In this document: positions 35,076-45,034 of the stretch, in pieces
How positions within the stretch are numbered: the stretch's first letter is position 1
Layout of the letters: each line of letters begins with the position of its first letter
From: an uncultured Candidatus Saccharibacteria bacterium
Lineage (GTDB): Bacteria; Patescibacteriota; Saccharimonadia; Saccharimonadales; CAYUUR01
Reading direction: 5' to 3'
NCBI GenBank assembly: GCA_964448075.1
Contig: CAYUUR010000002.1
Coordinates: forward strand, 158,010-222,009
Length of the DNA stretch: 64,000 bases
Program-made: the position numbers and the translations under genes
Notes under the pieces: generated by a model
Told to the model about the DNA's origin: nothing
Database searches by the model: none
Seen by the model: only the letters and a program-made list of their open reading frames with translations

Positions 35076-35144
35076 AGTTTCGTCGGTCTAGTAACAAAAC
35101 TGTTTAAGCGCAGACAGCGTTATTACTCAAAGTATAATAACAGA

Positions 35145-37607
35145 TTAACGGTACAGTTTCTCGGCAGCTTCACGCATTCGTTCAAGTAGCGGATTGTGCT
35201 GCATGGTAGTTATTGAACGATGTATGCGGGGTTTGCCGTGTAATCGTGCGAGTGTCTCCGAGCCAGATTTCATGAGCTTAATGCGTTTTGCGCTATCATA
35301 GCTTTTTGATTTGCTATGGAAAATATAGGTATCAGTAGCAATGACAATTCCGAAGCCTGCATCAATTGCCCGGAAGCAATAATCGTTCTCTTCTCCGTAG
35401 CCCGATGGGAAACTATCCTCGTCAAAATAACCTACAGTAGAAATGACAGGGCGCGAGATGCCAAGACAGAAGCCGTGTGCTAAGGGAACTCTCGGGAAGA
35501 TTTTGAGCGACCACTTCTCACAGTAACTATTCATCTCATCAATCGACACGCCTTGTGGCAACACATTAATTGCCGTTTGATCTTTTGAACTGAGGTGTTG
35601 TGGTATGGATTGATGACTGGCAGCTGATGATAATGGGCCGACAATTCCGGCGCCAGGTGTTGCGGCAAGCGCTAAGTCCATTTTTGACACCCAATTTTTC
35701 GTCACGACAGTGTCACTATTAAGCAATATAACCAAGTCAGCAGAAGACAATCGTAGGCCTGCGTTGGCAGCCTTGGTGTAGCCGCCAGCTTGTTTGTTTC
35801 TATGAAGACGTGTCCAGGACCGTGTTTTGCAGAACTGCTTGAGATAGTCAGCAGTCTGTTGGTCGGAGCCGTCATCCACGACAATAAGTTGCATTCGTTT
35901 GTCCTTATACAGTTCTACTGATTCCAAACACTTAGTGACATCATCCAGAGCATTATGTACACATACAATGACGTCAACGCTTTTAGTTTTTGTTGCCGCT
36001 TTGGTCACGTTCTGTTTCATCGGGTCGACGGGTTGACCACCAAGCGCTTGCGTAAGCTCATTCATAATACTGTTTGTTGAACCATGGTTCGTTAATACAA
36101 ACGCAGCATGATTTCGAACACACAGCTCTTTGGGCAGTAAGGCGTGCCATAATAGATTAGCTCGGTCTAGTGCGTAGTTAACACTTAATTGATCGCGCTT
36201 TGTGAACTTGTCAATTTCTGACCACCAGGTGTTTAGGAAAAGCGACACGTCAGGCACACGCAAGTCAAAACCCATAAAACCGCTTTCAATGAGGTCGTTG
36301 CAATCAAACTGCATCATTCTGTAATGCTGCATTTGTGTTTCGATGTCCTCACGGGTTTCCTTTCCGAGCTGGATACAGGCTCGAGCCTCATCAAAAATTG
36401 ATTTTCGAACCGGGTGGTGAATAGCTCCAACTGGTTTACCCGAATCTATAAAGCCCTGAATGATTGGTAGTATGTCGTCGACAATCATAATACTGGCGTC
36501 AAGCCAGAATACGATGTCGTAATCGGGCAATAAGATGTGCGGATGTGTCTTAACATAGCGTGCAGACCTCGTCTTATCGGCATCAAAATAGGGCAGCGGA
36601 CGCACTTCAAAAACACCAGTATCTACTGTAGTTTGGTCAGTAAACAGAATATAATCGATGTCGTCGCTAATTTCTTCTGGCAACTTCAAGTAGTCATAAT
36701 CACCAACAATCGCAGTGTAAATCGCGATACGGGGCTTGGCAGAACCGGTGCGCCGCTTTGACTTTACGGCTTGGTATTCTTCTATACGTTTCTTGTAGGC
36801 CTTAAGGTTGATAAGTCGCTTTGCAATACTTGTGTAGGCCCTTCCGTCCTTGAGCCTTTGCCATGTCCCGATATCGTCGGTTGTTTCAATGTCTTTTAGA
36901 AGTGGCTTCCAGCGTTCCAAAGCAGCTCGCTTATCGCCACGGGCCTCAGCTAATAATGCAAACTCTGCTAACAGCTGCTTATCATCCGGAAACGATTTCA
37001 GTCCTTTCTGTAAAGTATTATCTGATTTGTCGAACTCCTTGAGAAAACGGTACGCTCTGCTTAGTTTGAGCCAAGCATTTGCGTTTACGCTATCCGAATT
37101 TCTAATTACGGCGCGCCACTCTGTGACCGCTTTTTTCCACTCACCAAGTCCCATGGCAATCTCTGCGCATTCAATTCTAAACGGTAGATAGTTTGGGTGT
37201 CGGGCCGAACCAGCCTTGATCACTTTGAGTGCCTGCGAGTATTCACCCTTTTTTCTATACACAATGGAAAGTCGTATATAGGCTGATGATGGCGTTTTCC
37301 TTCCATACCTTTCCAAAAAACTAGTCCATAATCTCTCTGCTTCTAATAGGTTATTCTCATGCATAGCAAGTTCGGCCTTTGCTGTGATGTGCATAATCCT
37401 ATTTAGTTCAGCGTCGCTTAGCGACCGCGATAAAAGAGGTGCTTTACTATTTTTTTGATCTCCCGAAGGACCCGATTGAGACCGCTTATTTTTGTGCAGC
37501 ACCCTCTTGGCATGATGAGAGACGCGTCGTGGCAGTCGAGTTACTCGCCAGCTCCGAGAGCTTCTGATTGCTTCGAGTTCTCGGTATAGTTTTTCTGAAT
37601 AATCCAT
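35145..37607 (-). CDS. TPR-repeat / TOD1-MUCI70(DUF616)-like / GT2 triple-domain glycosyltransferase
   Basis: 820 aa. TPR region, then IAIYTAIVGDYDYLK...RSARYVKTHPHILLPDYDIVFWLDASIMIV...KRDQLSVNYAL. C-terminal GT2 domain: VDVIVCVHNALDDVTKCLESV...LIVVDDGSD...LLNSDTVV. Confidence 0.6.
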   Translation of the reverse strand: MDYSEKLYRELEAIRSSRSWRVTRLPRRVSHHAKRVLHKNKRSQSGPSGDQKNSKAPLLSRSLSDAELNRIMHITAKAELAMHENNLLEAERLWTSFLERYGRKTPSSAYIRLSIVYRKKGEYSQALKVIKAGSARHPNYLPFRIECAEIAMGLGEWKKAVTEWRAVIRNSDSVNANAWLKLSRAYRFLKEFDKSDNTLQKGLKSFPDDKQLLAEFALLAEARGDKRAALERWKPLLKDIETTDDIGTWQRLKDGRAYTSIAKRLINLKAYKKRIEEYQAVKSKRRTGSAKPRIAIYTAIVGDYDYLKLPEEISDDIDYILFTDQTTVDTGVFEVRPLPYFDADKTRSARYVKTHPHILLPDYDIVFWLDASIMIVDDILPIIQGFIDSGKPVGAIHHPVRKSIFDEARACIQLGKETREDIETQMQHYRMMQFDCNDLIESGFMGFDLRVPDVSLFLNTWWSEIDKFTKRDQLSVNYALDRANLLWHALLPKELCVRNHAAFVLTNHGSTNSIMNELTQALGGQPVDPMKQNVTKAATKTKSVDVIVCVHNALDDVTKCLESVELYKDKRMQLIVVDDGSDQQTADYLKQFCKTRSWTRLHRNKQAGGYTKAANAGLRLSSADLVILLNSDTVVTKNWVSKMDLALAATPGAGIVGPLSSAASHQSIPQHLSSKDQTAINVLPQGVSIDEMNSYCEKWSLKIFPRVPLAHGFCLGISRPVISTVGYFDEDSFPSGYGEENDYCFRAIDAGFGIVIATDTYIFHSKSKSYDSAKRIKLMKSGSETLARLHGKPRIHRSITTMQHNPLLERMREAAEKLYR

Positions 37608-37726
37608 TGCGTATAACTTCTTTTGTTAATGATAAAAATAACACACCTTTTGGTCGTCTAAATTCTAAAGGTATAATAGCAAAGATATCCCCGAAACAAT
37701 AACCACAGATAACGGTCCGCCCAAAG

Positions 37727-37755
37727 TTTGTGAATTACTAAAACTAGCATATAAT
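37727..37755 (+). promoter_or_regulatory. candidate promoter for wzm-wzt operon (TTTGTG-17-TATAAT)
   Basis: Hexamers at 37727-37732 and 37750-37755, about 20 nt upstream of the ATG at 37774. Sequence match only. Confidence 0.3.
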
Positions 37756-37773
37756 TACACTTCGTAAACCCTT

Positions 37774-38580
37774 ATGATAAGTACAAAAAACAAGAAGAAT
37801 TACGTGCTTTTTTCTGAACTCGTTCGTACTGATTTTAAGTTACGATATCAAGGTTCAGTGCTGGGGTATCTCTGGTCTCTTTTAAAGCCACTAATGCTTT
37901 TCGGTGTTCTCTATCTTGTCTTTACTGTGTTCCTGAAAGTAGGTAAAGGCATACCAAATTACGCCTACTCACTACTCCTTGGAATTATTCTTTGGACTTT
38001 TTTTGTAGAGGCCACAAGTAATTGTCTTAAATCAATCGTCGGAAGAGGTAGTTTAATTCGGAAGATCGACATTCCACGACACCTCATTCCGTTATCTACA
38101 GTGGCATCAGCATTAATCAATATGTTACTAAATCTGGTAGTACTTGGAATCTTCTTGTTGTTTGCGCCAAGCACCGCATTGTCTCCGCTGAGTGTCGTGC
38201 TGTTTCCGCTGCTTGTTATAGAGTTGACATTGTTGTCTATTGGCGTCGGCTTCTTTCTTGCGGCTGCTTACGTGAAGTTCCGAGATATTAACCATATTTG
38301 GGAGGTTGTTCGGCAGGCGCTTTTCTACACAGTACCAATTATATATCCTTTGAGCAGAATTCAGTCTGAAGAGATAAGGAAGATGATAATGCTTAACCCG
38401 CTTTCGCAGATAATCCAAGATGCAAGGATTGTAATAACCTACAGTGAATCACTAGGTATAAACGATGTTTTTGGTACGAGATGGTTTGCATTAATTCCTC
38501 TAGCAATTGTGATTGCAATATTTGTACTCGGTGTCCTGTATTTTAACCGACAGTCAAAACATTTTGCGGAGATTGTGTAA
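37774..38580 (+). CDS. wzm: ABC-2 type polysaccharide/teichoic-acid export permease
   Basis: 268 aa with 6 TM helices. N-terminus LVRTDFKLRYQGSVLGYLWSLLKPL is typical of Wzm/TagG/RgpC. Confidence 0.8.
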   Translation: MISTKNKKNYVLFSELVRTDFKLRYQGSVLGYLWSLLKPLMLFGVLYLVFTVFLKVGKGIPNYAYSLLLGIILWTFFVEATSNCLKSIVGRGSLIRKIDIPRHLIPLSTVASALINMLLNLVVLGIFLLFAPSTALSPLSVVLFPLLVIELTLLSIGVGFFLAAAYVKFRDINHIWEVVRQALFYTVPIIYPLSRIQSEEIRKMIMLNPLSQIIQDARIVITYSESLGINDVFGTRWFALIPLAIVIAIFVLGVLYFNRQSKHFAEIV

Positions 38581-38581
38581 T

Positions 38582-39808
38582 ATGAGGGACCCACAGAACG
38601 CAATTGAAGTCAGCAATGTAACAAAGCACTTTATATTGCCACATCAAAAAGCAAATTCACTCAAATCGTTCTTTATGAACCCGTTTAGTAGGTATAAAAA
38701 CGAGAAACAACGAGCCTTCCATAATCTATCGTTTGACATAAAAAAGGGCGAGTTCTTTGGCATCGTTGGTCGCAATGGCAGTGGTAAGAGTACCCTACTG
38801 AAGTGCATGGCAGGCGTCTACACAACGGACACAGGCAGTATTACGGTTGATGGGACGTTGGTTCCGTTTATTGAGCTTGGAGTTGGTTTCAATCCAGAAT
38901 TGAGCGGGCGAGACAATGTATTTCTGAACGGAGCCCTTCTTGGTTTTAGTAGAAAAGAAATGACAGAAATGTATGATGAGATCGTCGAGTTTTCCGAACT
39001 GGAGAAATTCATGGATCAAAAACTCAAAAACTACAGCAGTGGTATGCAGGTACGCCTTGCCTTTTCTATTGCAATTCGTGCCCATGGCGACATACTGCTA
39101 CTTGACGAAGTACTTGCTGTCGGAGATTCAGCATTTCAGCAAAAATGCTTTGATTACTTTGACACAATGAAATCAAAAAAGAAGACCATTGTACTGGTAA
39201 GTCACAGTATGGGCATCATTGAACGGTACTGCGACAGAGCTTTGTTCTTAGAGAAGGGTATTATTCGACATATAGGTAGTAGTAATGAAATCGCTCGGTT
39301 ATACGAAGAGATGTTCCTTGATGAAGAAATAACAAAACGGGCAGAACTGCGCAGTAAGAACTCTACAAATAATCAGGATGTTTATAAGGATGACATTGTG
39401 ACTATGAGTAAAGTCAGGACTGTCCAAAACGGTCGAACCACTACGAACATCAAAGCATTGCAGGATTTTGAAATACAAGTAGACTTCACAAGCTCGGAGG
39501 ATGTAAGTAAGGCAATAGCACGCATGAACATTAAGAACCGGCGTGGTTTTGTGGTTATTGCTTCGGACAGCGATACTATCGAAGGTGGAGTTAGTTTGAA
39601 AAAAGGTGTCAAGCAAACATTAACGTTTAAGATCAATAATCATCTAACTAATGATATCTACGGAATCAATGTCTCTTTTTCTGATATATCTACGAGTACT
39701 GAAATTGGCCTTACCCAAAAACGTCCCGTCAGTGAATTTAGTGTAAAAGGAATTGAAAAATACCCAGATAGTATTACACACCCACCCGTTACCGCTAGTA
39801 TATCTTAA
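38582..39808 (+). CDS. wzt: polysaccharide ABC exporter ATP-binding protein with C-terminal Wzt-type extension
   Basis: Start MRDPQNAIEV at 38582, 1 nt after the wzm stop (the ORF-track start at 38513 is an extension). Walker A GRNGSGKST, signature YSSGM, Walker B ILLLDE. About 150 extra C-terminal aa (nt ~39365-39805) look beta-rich. Confidence 0.8.
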   Translation: MRDPQNAIEVSNVTKHFILPHQKANSLKSFFMNPFSRYKNEKQRAFHNLSFDIKKGEFFGIVGRNGSGKSTLLKCMAGVYTTDTGSITVDGTLVPFIELGVGFNPELSGRDNVFLNGALLGFSRKEMTEMYDEIVEFSELEKFMDQKLKNYSSGMQVRLAFSIAIRAHGDILLLDEVLAVGDSAFQQKCFDYFDTMKSKKKTIVLVSHSMGIIERYCDRALFLEKGIIRHIGSSNEIARLYEEMFLDEEITKRAELRSKNSTNNQDVYKDDIVTMSKVRTVQNGRTTTNIKALQDFEIQVDFTSSEDVSKAIARMNIKNRRGFVVIASDSDTIEGGVSLKKGVKQTLTFKINNHLTNDIYGINVSFSDISTSTEIGLTQKRPVSEFSVKGIEKYPDSITHPPVTASIS

Positions 39809-39869
39809 GAAGCACGATCCCTTTCCGCACCTAGTAACCACTCAGAGAAAATGAGATAATGGTGGCACC

Positions 39870-41240
39870 ATGGCCCAGAATAAAAAAATGAAGGTTCTCG
39901 TTTTGTCACATATTTCAGAACTGCTTGGTGGCGCAGAAAGGTCAATGCTTGATGTGTTTGACCACTGGGCAGATCACTATCAGGTAGAACCAGTATTTAT
40001 AATCCGTGAGCCAATCAAATCACTCGCAAAGGCAATTACTGACCGTGGCTGGCAGTACCATGCTCTTGACTATACTTTTTGGTCGGACGGAAACCCACCA
40101 AAGAACGACACTGATATTGCACATAACCTGCAGCGCAACAAGCGCACAGTCGCCGCAATAGAAAAAATCATTGATAACCTAAAGCCTGATGTGGTCATGA
40201 CAAATTCAGTCGTGTGTCCATGGGCGGCATTAGCTGCCAATAACCAAGGTGTGCCGCATGTATGGTTTGTAAGGGAATATGGTGACCTTGATCACGGCAG
40301 GACGTATGAAATTGGTAGAGAGAAGACATATGAAGATGTTGACTCGCTGTCTTGTTTGGTTGTGGCAAATTCACAAACACTCGCCACGCACTTGCAGAAG
40401 TATATTGCACCGGAAAAAGTAGTGACACTTTATAATCCGTTTGACATCACCACAATACGGGCATTGGCACGCAAGCCTATAAGGTCCCCATTCAAACATA
40501 AAAAATCTTGCAAATTTGTGATAACTGGTAATCTCGCGCCATCAAAAGGACAACATGAAGCAATTATGGCGGTGGCAGACTTGCAACAAAAAGAGCACGC
40601 CAATGTTGAACTTTGCGTCATTGGTAAGTCGGGCGACCCAGACTATCAAAAACAACTTGATGATATTGTGAAGTCAAATGGTTTAAACGGGCGTGTACAT
40701 TTTGTCGGCTATCAACAGAACCCGCTTGCGTATGTGGCCTTAGCCGATGTATGCCTAATGGCCTCACGACGAGAAGCCTTCGGTAGGGTCACGTTTGAAT
40801 ATCTGGCAGTTGGCAAACCGATCGTTGGCGCTAACTCAGGTGCGACACCAGAAATGGTTCAGGAAGGATACAATGGCTATCTTTATGAATCAGGAGACCA
40901 AGAAGGATTAACAAGGGCACTTGCTCACTACACTGAAGACCCCACGCTTATTAAGCTGCACGGCAAAAGATCGGAAAAGCTTGCCGAGCATATGATGCGG
41001 GGCGACAAAAACATCGACACACTATTTACTCATGTGACCAAAGCGCTTAGCTCATTCAAACCAAATAAAAAGCCAATTAACTTCATGGTCTATCGTGACG
41101 AGCTTGAGAAGAATCTAGAAAAACGGCTACACCATACTACGTCGGCGTTCCACGTGCGAACCAAGCGCACCGCTCGTCGTTATGCGAAAGCAGTCTACGT
41201 ACGTGCCAGAAGCTATAAGACGAAAGTAATCGGTAGATAA
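39870..41240 (+). CDS. glycosyltransferase family 4
   Basis: 456 aa. Contains REAFGRVTFEYLAVGKPIVGANSGATPEMVQEGYNGYLY. Confidence 0.75.
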   Translation: MAQNKKMKVLVLSHISELLGGAERSMLDVFDHWADHYQVEPVFIIREPIKSLAKAITDRGWQYHALDYTFWSDGNPPKNDTDIAHNLQRNKRTVAAIEKIIDNLKPDVVMTNSVVCPWAALAANNQGVPHVWFVREYGDLDHGRTYEIGREKTYEDVDSLSCLVVANSQTLATHLQKYIAPEKVVTLYNPFDITTIRALARKPIRSPFKHKKSCKFVITGNLAPSKGQHEAIMAVADLQQKEHANVELCVIGKSGDPDYQKQLDDIVKSNGLNGRVHFVGYQQNPLAYVALADVCLMASRREAFGRVTFEYLAVGKPIVGANSGATPEMVQEGYNGYLYESGDQEGLTRALAHYTEDPTLIKLHGKRSEKLAEHMMRGDKNIDTLFTHVTKALSSFKPNKKPINFMVYRDELEKNLEKRLHHTTSAFHVRTKRTARRYAKAVYVRARSYKTKVIGR

Positions 41241-41244
41241 CACA

Positions 41245-42168
41245 ATGAAAAGAATAACCATTGTCGTGCCAATTTATGGTGACTGGCCATCGCTCAAAGA
41301 ATGCATTGAGTCACTGATTAACTACGTTGATTTGTCAAAACACCAATTACTACTTGTTAACGATTGCGGTCCAGAAGTTGATGCAATCGAAAAGAGTATA
41401 AAGTCGCTTGTATCAAACATAGCCAATATCCAGTACGAACGTAACCCAAAGAATCTTGGGTTTGTCGGAACATGTAACCGAGCCGTAGAAGTGCTCGACA
41501 AAACAAGCAATGATGTACTGCTGCTCAATAGTGATACAAAAGTTACCCCAGGCTTCCTTGATGAACTGCAAGCAGTACTATATGAGTCGCCAAAAAATGG
41601 AGCCGTAACGCCACGATCAAACAATGCTACGCTTGCGACAATCCCCCTCTCTGCTGCCCCACAAAAAGGTATTGCTCCAGAAGACGCTTTCGCCATTTTT
41701 CTTAGAATACGCGACAAGCTACCGCGATCAACTGTTGTGCCGGTTGCACACGGCTTCTGTATGCTCATTCGACGAGATCTCATTGTGAAGTACGGGTTGT
41801 TTGATAAGGCTTTTGGCAAAGGGTATGGTGAAGAGGTAGACTTTTGTCAGCGTATTCGCAAAGATGGCTATAGGTGTTTATTGGCAAACCGTGCGTTTGT
41901 CTTTCATCTTGAAGCACGTAGTTTTTCACTCGAAACAAAAGCTAAACTACTCGAGACGAATAACAAGATAATCTGGCAACGATACCCACACTATCGTGAG
42001 GAAGTTCGCGAGTACATGCAGCAAGCAACTAAGTCAGAAACAGCACTCGAGAAATCAGCCGGTGTAGTTAAGGGTTACGGCATAAAGGACTATGTTAAGA
42101 GTATGATTAGAAAGAACAAGCATGCTCATAGGGTTGCCCGACGGTTACGCCGAACCGGCAAGCATTGA
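41245..42168 (+). CDS. glycosyltransferase family 2
   Basis: 307 aa. Contains ITIVVPIYGDWPSLKECIESL..LLLVNDCGP..LLNSDTKV. Confidence 0.75.
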   Translation: MKRITIVVPIYGDWPSLKECIESLINYVDLSKHQLLLVNDCGPEVDAIEKSIKSLVSNIANIQYERNPKNLGFVGTCNRAVEVLDKTSNDVLLLNSDTKVTPGFLDELQAVLYESPKNGAVTPRSNNATLATIPLSAAPQKGIAPEDAFAIFLRIRDKLPRSTVVPVAHGFCMLIRRDLIVKYGLFDKAFGKGYGEEVDFCQRIRKDGYRCLLANRAFVFHLEARSFSLETKAKLLETNNKIIWQRYPHYREEVREYMQQATKSETALEKSAGVVKGYGIKDYVKSMIRKNKHAHRVARRLRRTGKH

Positions 42169-42175
42169 GCGGTGT

Positions 42176-43459
42176 TTAGTGTAGGTTTTTTAGAATTGTT
42201 TCCGCAGCTTTTTCGACAGTGCGTTTTGTCCACAAGTATTCTTTTGCCTGATCCTGAGTTGCCAAAAGCCGTCTGCGGCTTGCGACTGGGTCTTTCACAA
42301 TGCTAGCAAGTGCATCAAACCATTTATCGACTTCGTTCGGTACTTTTATGATAAGACTGTCTAGTTCGGCAGTTTTATATGGAGTAACGTCAGAAACGAA
42401 TGGCACGGCGTCAACCGCAAAGTAATCAAGACATTTGATGTCTGACTTGCAACGATTAAACGGCGTATCTACCAAAGGAGACAGACCAATGTCAAAAGGG
42501 CCTTGTTTAACGAACCACTTCACAAATAACGGGTAAAGCGATGTTTTGTTTGGCTGCAGTCGTTTGATCCAAGGGGCGTCTGGTAATACGCTCGAAACAC
42601 CAACAACATACAAGGTAAACGAGTCAGGGTACTGAGCGTATAGTTTTTCGAGTGCTGGCATGATCATTTCTAGATCAGCATCATGTGTTGCCGTTCCCAT
42701 ATAGATCATCTTAATCTTGCCGTCTACCATGGTCTTGGTATCATTATTCTTCCAGATTCTACGGTCTAAATAGTTCTGAATCACAATCGGCTTGTTCTTT
42801 GTTTTTGGATAAACGTCAACCAGTGCAGCAGTCGAGAGCCATACGGAATCAGCTTCTCTTAGTAGTAACTCAAATGCCGCCACACGTTCACGCTGTTCTT
42901 TATGCTCTGGATGGGTCGGATCAATAACTGTAAACGCATCGTCACTGTCGATAATCAGCTTACATTGTTTGCGACGGACCTCATCGATTAGTTGTTGTGC
43001 CTTCTCTATTGAGTCGTAGGCAGTTCTTTGTACGATACATATGTGTGTTTCTTCAGGCAACTCGGTTGTGTTTTCGGGGTGAAGCGTAAGATCGTAATTG
43101 TTGCGGATTAATGATTGAGAGAGTGGCCCAATCAGACGAATAAACGCTGAAGATTTTGGGTAGTGTGTGCCATCTCTCATAATTATTGCAATAACCTGTT
43201 TTGATTCGTGGCTCTCACTGTCGAGATTATAAATGTCGCGCAGAACTCTCGTAAGACGACGACTCTCACGCGGGGTTTTTATCAATGGATGATTATACAA
43301 TGCACGAGGGACAATAAGTGTAACTCTTTTGGCAACTTTTAGCGTGTTAAGCGAACGACGTCGGGCAATCTTCTTAAGTTCGGTTTTGTCGCCACGTTTA
43401 ACAATTTTGAGTGAATTATGAAATGTATTTCTGGGTGGCGTACTTGGTGTCGGTGTCAT
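42176..43459 (-). CDS. hypothetical protein, possible GT-B-fold glycosyltransferase
   Basis: First ATG at 43459 (MTPTPSTPP); the ORF-track start at 43513 is TTG. The C-terminal half (KMIYMGTATHDADLEMIMPALEKLYAQYPDSFTLYVVG...) resembles a GT-B C-terminal domain. Weak call. Confidence 0.4.
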   Translation of the reverse strand: MTPTPSTPPRNTFHNSLKIVKRGDKTELKKIARRRSLNTLKVAKRVTLIVPRALYNHPLIKTPRESRRLTRVLRDIYNLDSESHESKQVIAIIMRDGTHYPKSSAFIRLIGPLSQSLIRNNYDLTLHPENTTELPEETHICIVQRTAYDSIEKAQQLIDEVRRKQCKLIIDSDDAFTVIDPTHPEHKEQRERVAAFELLLREADSVWLSTAALVDVYPKTKNKPIVIQNYLDRRIWKNNDTKTMVDGKIKMIYMGTATHDADLEMIMPALEKLYAQYPDSFTLYVVGVSSVLPDAPWIKRLQPNKTSLYPLFVKWFVKQGPFDIGLSPLVDTPFNRCKSDIKCLDYFAVDAVPFVSDVTPYKTAELDSLIIKVPNEVDKWFDALASIVKDPVASRRRLLATQDQAKEYLWTKRTVEKAAETILKNLH

Positions 43460-43575
43460 TTTTTGTTTCGTTTGCACAACTAACACTGTACTACCTATAC
43501 CGACTTCATGCAAAGTGTGCCGAGTGACAAATCGGTACTATCGCAAAGAAAATGATGATACTGTAATACGAGTAT

Positions 43576-45030
43576 ATGAAACGGAAAAACATACGTCGCT
43601 ATATTTTGGATGCACAAAGTAAGCTTGCAAAACCATTGATTGTTCGTGGCCAAAAGTATTCGCGTGCTTTTATCCTTGGAATTATTGGTACCATCTGCAT
43701 GTATGTTGGTGTAGCAGGCATGATATCAATAACAGTACCATGGTTAACTCGTGGCGATACACGACAGCACGTCGACTACGTGTGGAGGCTATCGCACGGC
43801 GATATACCAAAATGGTATGACAAGATCCAGTACCCTCCGTTCAAGGAGGATCGAGTTAAGTTCCAGTCGGCATCGGCTAACCCACCGCTTTTCTATATGA
43901 TTCACGCGCCACTTGTTGGCCCATTGCTTAATAGTGGACACTGGCAAGTCGCAATTCTAGTTGGAAGAATTATTAATGTTGTAATTGGTATCGGCTGTAT
44001 ACTTGCGTTGGCTTGGGGTGCATGGCTCACTGGTGGTAAGTATAAAGAAGCACTTGCTGTAGCAGTGCCCGCACTGGCAGTCATGTTCTATCGCTTCACT
44101 CGCCTCAATCAAGATTACGCACTTGATGCACTATTACTTCTAGTCTCTACCTTATCACTAATAACCTGTATTAAGATAATACAGCGGGGATTAAACCGTC
44201 GATATATGACAGCTCTAACATTGCTATCGGTGCTTGGGATGGCAACAAAGGCTCCGTACCTCGTCTTTCTTGTAACAAACATGCTCACATTGGTGTATGT
44301 AGCAACCGATAGCGCAAAACATATATCAAAGAAACATGTGCTGCGGGCAATAACGCTCGTATCGGTACTCTTGTTTGCTGTTGTCGTGTCAATCGGCTGG
44401 TTTTATTACTTCTGGAACTATAAGACAAATGGCGGCTGGTTCCATTCTTCGCCACCAGGCTACACAGGTGGTAGGTCATACCAGTCGCTGACTACGATTT
44501 TACTGAATGGCAAGATCATACAGTTGCTCTACGCTGAATATTCACGCAATATACTTCTCTCGGTGGCGCTCAGTGCTACAGCTGTAGCAGGCTACTACAC
44601 GCTTACTATCAGAGAAGTAAGACGGTACTTGCAGAACCCGAAACCACGAGCAGTTATTTCGCTCTTGTTACTTGCTTTCGTAGGTACGTTACTCACACAA
44701 GTTAAGTTCGCAACGGGATACGGAGCGATCAACTTCAGGTATCTTATTCCTGCACTTTTCCCGATTGGATTGTTTATGGCTTATGGCCTGCTGCGGTTCA
44801 AGAATTTACGCGGTCTTGGCGTTACTTTATCTGCAATATTTCTTGGGACTTCGACCTTTACGGCGCTTGGTGGTGGCGGAATTAGAACGCTGTTTCGGAT
44901 GACGGCTGGCAACGGACTCCCTTACATTTATACTGGTGCACTACTCATTGTATTTATGTTAGGATCACTTGCACTAATAGCGGCACTATACGTCCTGACG
45001 GCGCAAAAGCCTATTGTTCGTTCCAGGTAG
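43576..45030 (+). CDS. polytopic membrane protein, GT-C-type (ArnT/PMT-like) glycosyltransferase candidate
   Basis: 484 aa with 12 or more predicted TM helices and an early extracytoplasmic loop rich in D/H/W/Y. Call rests on architecture only. Confidence 0.45.
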   Translation: MKRKNIRRYILDAQSKLAKPLIVRGQKYSRAFILGIIGTICMYVGVAGMISITVPWLTRGDTRQHVDYVWRLSHGDIPKWYDKIQYPPFKEDRVKFQSASANPPLFYMIHAPLVGPLLNSGHWQVAILVGRIINVVIGIGCILALAWGAWLTGGKYKEALAVAVPALAVMFYRFTRLNQDYALDALLLLVSTLSLITCIKIIQRGLNRRYMTALTLLSVLGMATKAPYLVFLVTNMLTLVYVATDSAKHISKKHVLRAITLVSVLLFAVVVSIGWFYYFWNYKTNGGWFHSSPPGYTGGRSYQSLTTILLNGKIIQLLYAEYSRNILLSVALSATAVAGYYTLTIREVRRYLQNPKPRAVISLLLLAFVGTLLTQVKFATGYGAINFRYLIPALFPIGLFMAYGLLRFKNLRGLGVTLSAIFLGTSTFTALGGGGIRTLFRMTAGNGLPYIYTGALLIVFMLGSLALIAALYVLTAQKPIVRSR

Positions 45031-45034
45031 AGGT

